From: Nemertoderma westbladi
Lineage: Eukaryota > Animalia > Xenacoelomorpha
NCBI GenBank assembly: GCA_032718475.1
Contig: JAUCBJ010007844.1
Coordinates: 1 to 64,000 of the forward strand
Direction: 5' to 3'
Length of the DNA: 64,000 nt
A model generated the notes under the pieces. That model was not told where the DNA came from. It ran no database searches and saw only the letters and a list, made by a program, of their open reading frames with translations. A program made the position numbers and the translations under genes. The stretch's first letter is position 1. Every line of letters starts with the position of its first letter. Positions 51,301-64,000 of this stretch are shown here, one piece after another.

Positions 51301-54300
51301 AGTTAGAACCAGTACTCCTATATGGAGTCCATCATGCAGCAGTTAGAATCAGTACTCCTATATGGAGTCCATCATACAGCGGTTAGAACCAGTACTCCTA
51401 TATGGAGTCCATCATGCAGCAGTTAGAACCAGTACTCCTATATGGAGTCCATCATACAGCAGTTAGAACCAGTACTCCTATATGGAGTCCATCATACAGC
51501 AGTTAGAATCAGTACTCCTATATGGAGTTCATCAATCAGCAGTTAGAACCAGTACTCCTATATGGAGCATCAATCAGAAGTTAGAACCAGTACTCCTATA
51601 TGGAGTCAGTCCATCAATCATAAGTTAGAACCAGTACTCCTATATGGAGTCCATCATACAGCAGTTAGAACCAGTACTCCTTCCTATATGGAGTCCATCA
51701 TACAGCTGTTAGAACCAGTACTCCTATATGGAGACCATCATACAGCAGTTAGAACCAGTACTCCTATATGGAGCATCAATCAGAAGTTAGAACCAGTACT
51801 CCAGTAGCAGTTAGAACCAGTACTCCTATATGGAGTCTATCAATCAGAAGTTAGAACCAGTACTCCTTTATGGAGTCCATCATACAGCAGTTAGAACCAG
51901 TACTCCTATATGGAGCATCAATCAGCAGATAGAACCAGGAACCAGTACTCCTATATGGATTCCATCATACAGCAGTTAGAACCAGTACTCCTATATGGAG
52001 TCCATCATACAGCAGTTAGAACCAGTACTCCTATATGGAGTCCATCATACAGCAGTTAGAACCAGTACTCCTATATGGAGTCCATCAATCAGAAGTTAGA
52101 ACCAGTACTCCTATATGGAGTCCATCAATCAGAAGTTAGAACCAGTACTCCTATATGGAGTCCATCATACAGCAGTTAGAATCAGTACTCCTATATGAAG
52201 TCCATCATACAAAAGTTAGAACCAGTACTCCTATATGGAGTCCATCATACAGCAGTTAGAACTCCTATATGGAGTCCATCATACAGCAGTTAGAATCAGT
52301 ACTCATATATGGAGTCCATCATACAGCAGTTAGAACCAGTACTCCTATATGGAGTCAGTCCATCAATCATAACTTAGAACCAGTACTCCTATATGGAGTC
52401 CATCATACAGCAGTTAGAACCAGTACTCCTTCCTATATGGAGTCCATCATACAGCTGTTAGAACCAGTACTCCTATATGGAGACCATCATACAGCAGTTA
52501 GAACCAGTACTCCTATATGGAGCATCAATCAGAAGTTAGAACCAGTACTCCAGTAGCAGTTAGAACCAGTACTCCTATATGGAGTCTATCAATCAGAAGT
52601 TAGAACCAGTACTCCTTTATGGAGTCCATCATACAGTAATTAGAACCAGTACTCCGCAATCAGCAGTTAGAACCAGTACTCCTTTATGGAGTCCATCAAT
52701 CAGAAGTTAGAACCAGTACTCCTATATGGAGTCCATCAATCAGAAGTTAGAACCAGTACTCCTATATGGAGTCCATCATACAGCAGTTAGAATCAGTACT
52801 CCTATATGAAGTCCATCATACAAAAGTTAGAACCAGTACTCCTATATGGAGTCCATCATACAGCAGTTAGAACTCCTATATGGAGTCCATCATACAGCAG
52901 TTAGAATCAGTACCCCTATATGGAGTCCATCATACAGCAGTTAGAACCAGTACTCCTATATGGAGTCCATCATGCAGCAGTTAGAACCAGTACTCATATA
53001 TGGAGTCCATCATACAGCAGTTAGAACCAGTACTCCTATATGGAGTCCATCATACAGCAGTTAGAATCAGTACTCCTATATGGAGTTCATCAATCAGCAG
53101 TTAGAACCAGTACTCCTATATGGAGTCTATCATACAGCTGTTAGAACCAGTACTCCTATATGGAGCATCAATCAGAAGTTAGAACCAGTACTCCTATATG
53201 GAGTCAGTCCATCAATCATAAGTTAGAACCAGTACTCCTATATGGAGTCCATCATACAGCAGTTAGAACCAGTACTCCTTCCTATATGGAGTCCATCATA
53301 CAGCTGTTAGAACCAGTACTCCTATATGGAGACCATCATACAGCAGTTAGAACCAGTACTCCTATATGGAGCATCAATCAGAAGTTAGAACCAGTACTCC
53401 AGTAGCAGTTAGAACCAGTACTCCTATATGGAGTCTATCAATCAGAAGTTAGAACCAGTACTCCTTTATGGAGTCCATCATACAGTAATTAGAACCAGTA
53501 CTCCGCAATCAGCAGTTAGAACCAGTACTCCTTTATGGAGTCCATCAATCAGAAGTTAGAACCAGTACTCCTATAGGGAGTCCATCAATCAGAAGTTAGA
53601 ACCAGTACTCCTATATGGAGTCCATCATACAGCAGTTAGAATCAGTACTCCTATATGGAGTCCATCATACAAAAGTTAGAACCAGTACTCCTATATGGAG
53701 TCCATCATACAGCAGTTAGAACTCCTATATGGAGTCCATCATACAGCAGTTAGAACCAGTACTCCTATATGGAGTCCATCAATCATAAGTTAGAACCAGT
53801 ACTCCTATATTGTGTCCATCATACAGCAGTTAGAACCAGTACTCCTATATGGAGTCCATCATACAGAAGTTAGAACCAGTACTCCTATATGGAGTCCATC
53901 ATACAAAAGTTAGAACCAGTACTCCTATATGGAGTCCATCATAGAGCAGTTAGAATCAGTACTCCTATATGGAGTCCATCATACAAAAGTTAGAACCAGT
54001 ACTCCTATATGGAGTCCATCAATCATAAGTTAGAACCAGTACTCCTATATGGAGTCCATCATACAGCAGTTAGAACCAGTACTCCTATATGGAGTCCATC
54101 ATACAGAAGTTAGAACCAGTACTCCTATATGGAGTCCATCATACAGCAGTTAGAACCAGTACTCCTATATGGAGTCCATCAATCAGAAGTTAGAACCAGT
54201 ACTCCTATATGGAGTCCATCATACAGCAGTTAGAACCAGTACTCCTATATGGAGTCCATCATACAGCTGTTAGAACCAGTACTCCTATATGGAGTCCATC

Positions 54301-57300
54301 ATACAGCAGTTAGAACCAGTACTCCTATATGGAGTCTATCATACAGCAGTTAGAACCAGTACTCCTATATGGAGTCCATCAATCATAAGTTAGAACCAGT
54401 ACTCCTATATGGAGTCCATCATACAGCAGTTAGAACCAGTACTCCTATATGGAGTCCATCATACAGCTGTTAGAACCAGTACTCCTATATGGAGTCCATC
54501 ATACAGCTGTTAGAACCAGTACTCCTATATGGAGTCCATCATACAGCAGTTAGAACCAGTACTCCTATATGGAGCATCAATCAGCAGATAGAACCAGGAA
54601 CCAGTATTCCTATATGGATTCCATCATACAGCAGTTAGAATCAGTACTCCTATATGGAGTCCATCATACAACTCCTATATGGAGTCCATCATACAGCAGT
54701 TAGAATCAGTACTCCTATATGGAGTCCATCATACAGCAGTTAGAACCAGTACTCCTATATGGAGTCCATCATGCAGCAGTTAGAACCAGTACTCCTATAT
54801 GGAGTCCATCATACAGCAGTTAGAACCAGTACTCCTATATGGAGTCCATCATACAGCAGTTAGAATCAGTACTCCTATATGGAGTTCATCAATCAGCAGT
54901 TAGAACCAGTACTCCTATATGGAGGCCATCATACAGCAGTTAGAACTCCTATATGGAGTCCATCATACAGCAGTTAGAATCAGTACTCCTATATGGAGTC
55001 CATCATACAGCAGTTAGAACCAGTACTCCTATATGGAGTCCATCATGCAGCAGTTAGAATCAGTACTCCTATATGGAGTCCATCATACAGCAGTTAGAAC
55101 CAGTACTCCTATATGGAGTCCATCATGCAGCAGTTAGAACCAGTACTCCTATATGGAGTCCATCATACAGCAGTTAGAATCAGTACTCCTATATGAAGTT
55201 AGAACCAGTACTCCTATATGGAGTCCATCATACAGCAGTTAGAACTCCTATATGGAGTCCATCATACAGCAGTTAGAATCAGTACTCATATATGGAGTCC
55301 ATCATACAGCAGTTAGAACCAGTACTCCTATATGGAGTCAGTCCATCAATCATAAGTTAGAACCAGTACTCCTATATGGAGTCCATCATACAGCAGTTAG
55401 AACCAGTACTCCTTCCTATATGGAGTCCATCATACAGCTGTTAGAACCAGTACTCCTATATGGAGACCATCATACAGCAGTTAGAACCAGTACTCCTATA
55501 TGGAGCATCAATCAGAAGTTAGAACCAGTACTCCAGTAGCAGTTAGAACCAGTACTCCTATATGGAGTCTATCAATCAGAAGTTAGAACCAGTACTCCTT
55601 TATGGAGTCCATCATACAGTAATTAGAACCAGTACTCCGCAATCAGCAGTTAGAACCAGTACTCCTTTATGGAGTCCATCAATCAGAAGTTAGAACCAGT
55701 ACTCCTATATGGAGTCCATCAATCAGAAGTTAGAACCAGTACTCCTATATGGAGTCCATCATACAGCAGTTAGAATCAGTACTCCTATATGAAGTCCATC
55801 ATACAAAAGTTAGAACCAGTACTCCTATATGGAGTCCATCATACAGCAGTTAGAACTCCTATATGGAGTCCATCATACAGCAGTTAGAATCAGTACTCCT
55901 ATATGGAGTCCATCATACAGCAGTTAGAACCAGTACTCCTATATGGAGTCCATCATGCAGCAGTTAGAACCAGTACTCCTATATGGAGTCCATCATACAG
56001 CAGTTAGAACCAGTACTCCTATATGGAGTCCATCATACAGCAGTTAGAATCAGTACTCCTATATGGAGTTCATCAATCAGCAGTTAGAACCAGTACTCCT
56101 ATATGGAGTCCATCATACAGCTGTTAGAACCAGTACTCCTATATGGAGCATCAATCAGAAGTTAGAACCAGTACTCCTATATGGAGTCAGTCCATCAATC
56201 ATAAGTTAGAACCAGTACTCCTATATGGAGTCCATCATACAGCAGTTAGAACCAGTACTCCTTCCTATATGGAGTCCATCATACAGCTGTTAGAACCAGT
56301 ACTCCTATATGGAGACCATCATACAGCAGTTAGAACCAGTACTCCTATATGGAGCATCAATCAGAAGTTAGAACCAGTACTCCAGTAGCAGTTAGAACCA
56401 GTACTCCTATATGGAGTCTATCAATCAGAAGTTAGAACCAGTACTCCTTTATGGAGTCCATCATACAGTAATTAGAACCAGTACTCCGCAATCAGCAGTT
56501 AGAACCAGTACTCCTTTATGGAGTCCATCAATCAGAAGTTAGAACCAGTACTCCTATATGGAGTCCATCAATCAGAAGTTAGAACCAGTACTCCTATATG
56601 GAGTCCATCATACAGCAGTTAGAATCAGTACTCCTATATGGAGTCCATCATACAAAAGTTAGAACCAGTACTCCTATATGGAGTCCATCATACAGCAGTT
56701 AGAACTCCTATATGGAGTCCATCATACAGCAGTTAGAACCAGTACTCCTATATGGAGTCCATCAATCATAAGTTAGAACCAGTACTCCTATATGGAGTCC
56801 ATCATACAGCAGTTAGAACCAGTACTCCTATATGGAGTCCATCATACAGAAGTTAGAACCAGTACTCCTATATGGAGTCCATCATACAAAAGTTAGAACC
56901 AGTACTCCTATATGGAGTCCATCATACAGCAGTTAGAATCAGTACTCCTATATGGAGTCCATCATACAAAAGTTAGAACCAGTACTCCTATATGGAGTCC
57001 ATCAATCATAAGTTAGAACCAGTACTCCTATATGGAGTCCATCATACAGCAGTTAGAACCAGTACTCCTATATGGAGTCCATCATACAGAAGTTAGAACC
57101 AGTACTCCTATATGGAGTCCATCATACAGCAGTTAGAACCAGTACTCCTATATGGAGTCCATCAATCAGAAGTTAGAACCAGTACTCCTATATGGAGTCC
57201 ATCATACAGCAGTTAGAACCAGTACTCCTATATGGAGTCCATCATACAGCTGTTAGAACCAGTACTCCTATATGGAGTCCATCATACAGCAGTTAGAACC

Positions 57301-60300
57301 AGTACTCCTATATGGAGTCTATCATACAGCAGTTAGAACCAGTACTCCTATATGGAGTCCATCAATCATAAGTTAGAACCAGTACTCCTATATGGAGTCC
57401 ATCATACAGCAGTTAGAACCAGTACTCCTATATGGAGTCCATCATACAGCTGTTAGAACCAGTACTCCTATATGGAGTCCATCATACAGCTGTTAGAACC
57501 AGTACTCCTATATGGAGTCCATCATACAGCAGTTAGAACCAGTACTCCTATATGGAGCATCAATCAGCAGATAGAACCAGGAACCAGTATTCCTATATGG
57601 ATTCCATCATACAGCAGTTAGAATCAGTACTCCTATATGGAGTCCATCATACAACTCCTATATGGAGTCCATCATACAGCAGTTAGAATCAGTACTCCTA
57701 TATGGAGTCCATCATACAGCAGTTAGAACCAGTACTCCTATATGGAGTCCATCATGCAGCAGTTAGAACCAGTACTCCTATATGGAGTCCATCATACAGC
57801 AGTTAGAACCAGTACTCCTATATGGAGTCCATCATACAGCAGTTAGAATCAGTACTCCTATATGGAGTTCATCAATCAGCAGTTAGAACCAGTACTCCTA
57901 TATGGAGTCCATCATACAGCAGTTAGAACTCCTATATGGAGTCCATCATACAGCAGTTAGAATCAGTACTCCTATATGGAGTCCATCATACAGCAGTTAG
58001 AACCAGTACTCCTATATGGAGTCCATCATGCAGCAGTTAGAATCAGTACTCCTATATGGAGTCCATCATACAGCAGTTAGAACCAGTACTCCTATATGGA
58101 GTCCATCATACAGCAGTTAGAACCAGTACTCCTATATGGAGTTCATCAATCAGCAGTTAGAACCAGTACTCCTATATGGAGTCCATCATACAGCTGTTAG
58201 AACCAGTACTCCTATATGGAGCCATCAATCAGAAGTTAGAACCAGTACTCCTATATGGAGTCAGTCCATCAATCATAAGTTAGAACCAGTACTCCTATAT
58301 GGAGTCCATCATACAGCAGTTAGAACCAGTACTCCTTCCTATATGGAGTCCATCATACAGCTGTTAGAACCAGTACTCCTATATGGAGACCATCATACAG
58401 CAGTTAGAACCAGTACTCCTATATGGAGTCCATCATACAACTCCTATATGGAGTCCATCATACAGCAGTTAGAATCAGTACTCCTATATGGAGTCCATCA
58501 ATCAGAAGTTAGAACCAGTACTCCTATATGGAGTCCATCAATCAGAAGTTAGAACCAGTACTCCTATATGGAGTCCGTCATACAGCAGTTAGAATCAGTA
58601 CTCCTATATGAAGTCCATCATACAAAAGTTAGAACCAGTACTCCTATATGGAGTCCATCATACAGCAGTTAGAACTCCTATATGGAGTCCATCATACAGC
58701 AGTTAGAATCAGTACTCCTATATGGAGTCCATCATACAGCAGTTAGAACCAGTACTCCTATATGGAGTCCATCATGCAGCAGTTAGAACCAGTACTCCTA
58801 TATGGAGTCCATCATACAGCAGTTAGAACCAGTACTCCTATATGGAGTCCATCATACAGCAGTTAGAATCAGTACTCCTATATGGAGTTCATCAATCAGC
58901 AGTTAGAACCAGTACTCCTATATGGAGTCCATCATACAGCTGTTAGAACCAGTACTCCTATATGGAGCATCAATCAGAAGTTAGAACCAGTACTCCTATA
59001 TGGAGTCAGTCCATCAATCATAAGTTAGAACCAGTACTCCTATATGGAGTCCATCATACAGCAGTTAGAACCAGTACTCCTTCCTATATGGAGTCCATCA
59101 TACAGCTGTTAGAACCAGTACTCCTATATGGAGACCATCATACAGCAGTTAGAACCAGTACTCCTATATGGAGCATCAATCAGAAGTTAGAACCAGTACT
59201 CCAGTAGCAGTTAGAACCAGTACTCCTATATGGAGTCTATCAATCAGAAGTTAGAACCAGTACTCCTTTATGGAGTCCATCATACAGTAATTAGAACCAG
59301 TACTCCGCAATCAGCAGTTAGAACCAGTACTCCTTTATGGAGTCCATCAATCAGAAGTTAGAACCAGTACTCCTATATGGAGTCCATCAATCAGAAGTTA
59401 GAACCAGTACTCCTATATGGAGTCCATCATACAGCAGTTAGAATCAGTACTCCTATATGGAGTCCATCATACAAAAGTTAGAACCAGTACTCCTATATGG
59501 AGTCCATCATACAGCAGTTAGAACTCCTATATGGAGTCCATCATACAGCAGTTAGAACCAGTACTCCTATATGGAGTCCATCAATCATAAGTTAGAACCA
59601 GTACTCCTATATGGAGTCCATCATACAGCAGTTAGAACCAGTACTCCTATATGGAGTCCATCATACAGAAGTTAGAACCAGTACTCCTATATGGAGTCCA
59701 TCATACAAAAGTTAGAACCAGTACTCCTATATGGAGTCCATCATACAGCAGTTAGAATCAGTACTCCTATATGGAGTCCATCATACAAAAGTTAGAACCA
59801 GTACTCCTATATGGAGTCCATCAATCATAAGTTAGAACCAGTACTCCTATATGGAGTCCATCATACAGCAGTTAGAACCAGTACTCCTATATGGAGTCCA
59901 TCATACAGAAGTTAGAACCAGTACTCCTATATGGAGTCCATCATACAGCAGTTAGAACCAGTACTCCTATATGGAGTCCATCAATCAGAAGTTAGAACCA
60001 GTACTCCTATATGGAGTCCATCATACAGCAGTTAGAACCAGTACTCCTATATGGAGTCCATCATACAGCTGTTAGAACCAGTACTCCTATATGGAGTCCA
60101 TCATACAGCAGTTAGAACCAGTACTCCTATATGGAGTCTATCATACAGCAGTTAGAACCAGTACTCCTATATGGAGTCCATCAATCATAAGTTAGAACCA
60201 GTACTCCTATATGGAGTCCATCATACAGCAGTTAGAACCAGTACTCCTATATGGAGTCCATCATACAGCTGTTAGAACCAGTACTCCTATATGGAGTCCA

Positions 60301-63300
60301 TCATACAGCTGTTAGAACCAGTACTCCTATATGGAGTCCATCATACAGCAGTTAGAACCAGTACTCCTATATGGAGCATCAATCAGCAGATAGAACCAGG
60401 AACCAGTATTCCTATATGGATTCCATCATACAGCAGTTAGAATCAGTACTCCTATATGGAGTCCATCATACAACTCCTATATGGAGTCCATCATACAGCA
60501 GTTAGAATCAGTACTCCTATATGGAGTCCATCATACAGCAGTTAGAACCAGTACTCCTATATGGAGTCCATCATGCAGCAGTTAGAACCAGTACTCCTAT
60601 ATGGAGTCCATCATACAGCAGTTAGAACCAGTACTCCTATATGGAGTCCATCATACAGCAGTTAGAATCAGTACTCCTATATGGAGTTCATCAATCAGCA
60701 GTTAGAACCAGTACTCCTATATGGAGTCCATCATACAGCAGTTAGAACTCCTATATGGAGTCCATCATACAGCAGTTAGAATCAGTACTCCTATATGGAG
60801 TCCATCATACAGCAGTTAGAACCAGTACTCCTATATGGAGTCCATCATGCAGCAGTTAGAATCAGTACTCCTATATGGAGTCCATCATACAGCAGTTGGA
60901 ACCAGTACTCCTATATGGAGTCCATCATGCAGCAGTTAGAACCAGTACTCCTATATGGAGTCCATCATACAGCAGTTAGAACCAGTACTCCTATATGGAG
61001 TCCATCATACAGCAGTTAGAATCAGTACTCCTATATGGAGTTCATCAATCAGCAGTTAGAACCAGTACTCCTATATGGAGCATCAATCAGAAGTTAGAAC
61101 CAGTACTCCTATATGGAGTCAGTCCATCAATCATAAGTTAGAACCAGTACTCCTATATGGAGTCCATCATACAGCAGTTAGAACCAGTACTCCTTCCTAT
61201 ATGGAGTCCATCATACAGCAGTTAGAACCAGTACTCCTATATGGAGTTCATCATGCAGCAGTTAGAACCAGTACTCCTATATGGAGTCCATCATACAGCA
61301 GTTAGAACCAGTACTCCTATATGGAGTCCATCATACAGCAGTTAGAATCAGTACTCCTATATGGAGTTCATCAATCAGCAGTTAGAACCAGTACTCCTAT
61401 ATGGAGTCCATCATACAGCTGTTAGAACCAGTACTCCTATATGGAGACCATCATACAGCAGTTAGAACCAGTACTCCTATATGGAGCATCAATCAGAAGT
61501 TAGAACCAGTACTCCTATATGGAGTCAGTCCATCAATCATAAGTTAGAACCAGTACTCCTATATGGAGTCCATCATACAGCAGTTAGAACCAGTACTCCT
61601 TCCTATATGGAGTCCATCATACAGCTGTTAGAACCAGTACTCCTATATGGAGACCATCATACAGCAGTTAGAACCAGTACTCCTATATGGAGCATCAATC
61701 AGAAGTTAGAACCAGTACTCCAGTAGCAGTTAGAACCAGTACTCCTATATGGAGTCTATCAATCAGAAGTTAGAACCAGTACTCCTTTATGGAGTCCATC
61801 ATACAGTAATTAGAACCAGTACTCCGCAATCAGCAGTTAGAACCAGTACTCCTTTATGGAGTCCATCAATCAGAAGTTAGAACCAGTACTCCTATATGGA
61901 GTCCATCAATCAGAAGTTAGAACCAGTACTCCTATATGGAGTCCATCATACAGCAGTTAGAATCAGTACTCCTATATGGAGTCCATCATACAAAAGTTAG
62001 AACCAGTACTCCTATATGGAGTCCATCATACAGCAGTTAGAACTCCTATATGGAGTCCATCATACAGCAGTTAGAATCAGTACTCCTATATGGAGTCCAT
62101 CATACAGCAGTTAGAACCAGTACTCCTATATGGAGTCCATCATACAGCTGTTAGAACCAGTACTCCTATATGGAGTCCATCATACAGCAGTTAGAACCAG
62201 TACTCCGATATGGAGTCCATCATACAGCAGTTAGAACCAGTACTCCTATATGGAGTCCATCATACAGCAGTTAGAACCAGTACTCCTATATGGAGTCCAT
62301 CATACAGCTGTTAGAACCAGTACTCCTATATGGAGACCATCATACAGCAGTTAGAACCAGTACTCCTATATGGAGCATCAATCAGAAGTTAGAACCAGTA
62401 CTCCTATATGGAGTCAGTCCATCAATCATAAGTTAGAACCAGTACTCCTATATGGAGTCCATCATACAGCAGTTAGAACCAGTACTCCTTCCTATATGGA
62501 GTCCATCATACAGCTGTTAGAACCAGTACTCCGCAATCAGAAGTTAGAACCAGTACTCCTATATGGAGTCAGTCCATCAATCATAAGTTAGAACCAGTAC
62601 TCCTATATGGAGTCCATCATACAGCAGTTAGAACCAGTACTCCTTCCTATATGGATTCCATCATACAGCAGTTAGAACCAGTACTCCTATATGGAGTCCA
62701 TCATACAGCAGTTAAAACCAGTACTCCTATATGGAGTCCATCATACAGCAGTTAGAACCAGTACTCCTATATGGAGTCCATCGATCAGAAGTTAGAACCA
62801 GTACTCCTTCCTATATGGATTCCATCATACAGCAGTTAGAACCAGTACTCCTATATGGAGTCCATCATACAGCAGTTAGAACCAGTACTCCTATATGGAG
62901 ACCATCATACAGCAGTTAGAACCAGTACTCCTTCCTATATGGATTCCATCATACAGCAGTTAGAACCAGTACTCCTATATGGAGTCCATCATACAGCAGT
63001 TAGAACCAGTACTCCTATATGGAGACCATCATACAGCAGTTAGAACCAGTACTCCTATATGGAGTCCATCAATCAGAATTTAGAACCAGTACTCCTTTAT
63101 GGAGTCCTTCAATCATAAGTTAGAACCAGTACTCCTATATGGAGTCCATCATACAGCAGTTAGAACCAGTACTCCTTCCTATATGGATTCCATCATACAG
63201 CAGTTAGAACCAGTACTCCTATATGGAGTCCATCATACAGCAGTTAGAACCAGTACTCCTATATGGAGACCATCATACAGCAGTTAGAACCAGTACTCCT

Positions 63301-64000
63301 ATATGGAGCATCAATCAGCAGATAGAACCAGGAACCAGTACTCCTATAAGGATTCCATCATACAGCAGTTAGAACCAGTACTCCTATATGGAGTCCATCA
63401 TACAGCAGTTAGAACCAGTACTCCTATATGGAGTCCATCATACAGCAGTTAGAACCAGTACTCCTATATGGAGTCCATCAATCAGAAGTTAGAACCAGTA
63501 CTCCTATATGGAGTCCATCAATCAGAAGTTAGAACCAGTACTCCTATATGGAGTCCATCATACAGCAGTTAGAATCAGTACTCCTATATGAAGTCCATCA
63601 TACAAAAGTTAGAACCAGTACTCCTATATGGAGTCCATCATACAGCAGTTAGAACTCCTATATGGAGTCCATCATACAGCAGTTAGAATCAGTACTCCTA
63701 TATGGAGTCCATCATACAGCAGTTAGAACCAGTACTCCTATATGGAGTCCATCATGCAGCAGTTAGAACCAGTACTCCTATATGGAGTCCATCATACAGC
63801 AGTTAGAACCAGTACTCCTATATGGAGTCCATCATACAGCAGTTAGAATCAGTACTCCTATATGGAGTTCATCAATCAGCAGTTAGAACTCCTATATGGA
63901 GTCCATCATACAGCAGTTAGAACTCCTATATGGAGTCCATCATACAGCAGTTAGAATCAGTACTCCTATATGGAGTTCATCAATCAGCAGTTAGAACCAG
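39372..64000 (+). repeat. Satellite array, 40-bp monomer with 0.7-3.7 kb higher-order duplications
   Basis: Identical marker ORFs at 47881, 49479, 51562, 53160, 56143, 58962 and 61481, with repeated offsets of 3681 and 2983. The array runs off the window end. Confidence 0.97.

Noticed and set aside
1-64000. Dozens of 60-138 aa ORFs (MESIIQQLEPV..., MEHQSEVRT...)
   Set aside because: They are translations of the satellite. Monomer lengths of 37 and 40 are not multiples of 3, so frames cycle into the TAG of GTTAG; ORFs lengthen only where indels happen to skip it.
1-64000. CRISPR array (repeat length 37-40 bp, weak palindrome)
   Set aside because: Monomers are directly adjacent with no unique spacers, there are no cas genes, and the context is eukaryotic LINEs.
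1-64000. Telomeric repeat or telomerase-like synthesis; nucleosome-length multiples (4x37=148, 4x40=160)
   Set aside because: No G-rich telomere motif or chromosome end is visible, kb-scale variant sharing indicates recombinational amplification, and no tetramer periodicity is seen.

Overview
Eukaryotic (probably invertebrate) satellite DNA; no host genes, RNA genes or CRISPR array. About 57 of the 64 kb is a single-orientation tandem repeat. From 1 to ~18.9 kb the monomer is 37 bp (ATATGGAGTCCATCATACAGCAGTTAGAACCAGTACT); from ~18.9 kb to the end it is the same monomer plus CCT (40 bp). Both domains are organised into kb-scale higher-order repeats. The array is interrupted twice. (i) 19326-20555 is a decayed, composite RTE-like LINE fragment next to the 37/40-bp boundary. 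(ii) 33692-39371 is an apparently intact, full-length CR1-group (Crack/Kiri/L2-like) LINE on the minus strand, with ORF1 (coiled coil + RRM-like) and ORF2 (N-terminal PHD finger, APE endonuclease, reverse transcriptase). It has a 5-bp GCAGT target-site duplication, satellite-like sequence at both ends, and a matching empty paralogous site ~12 kb downstream. The short satellite ORFs are artefacts.
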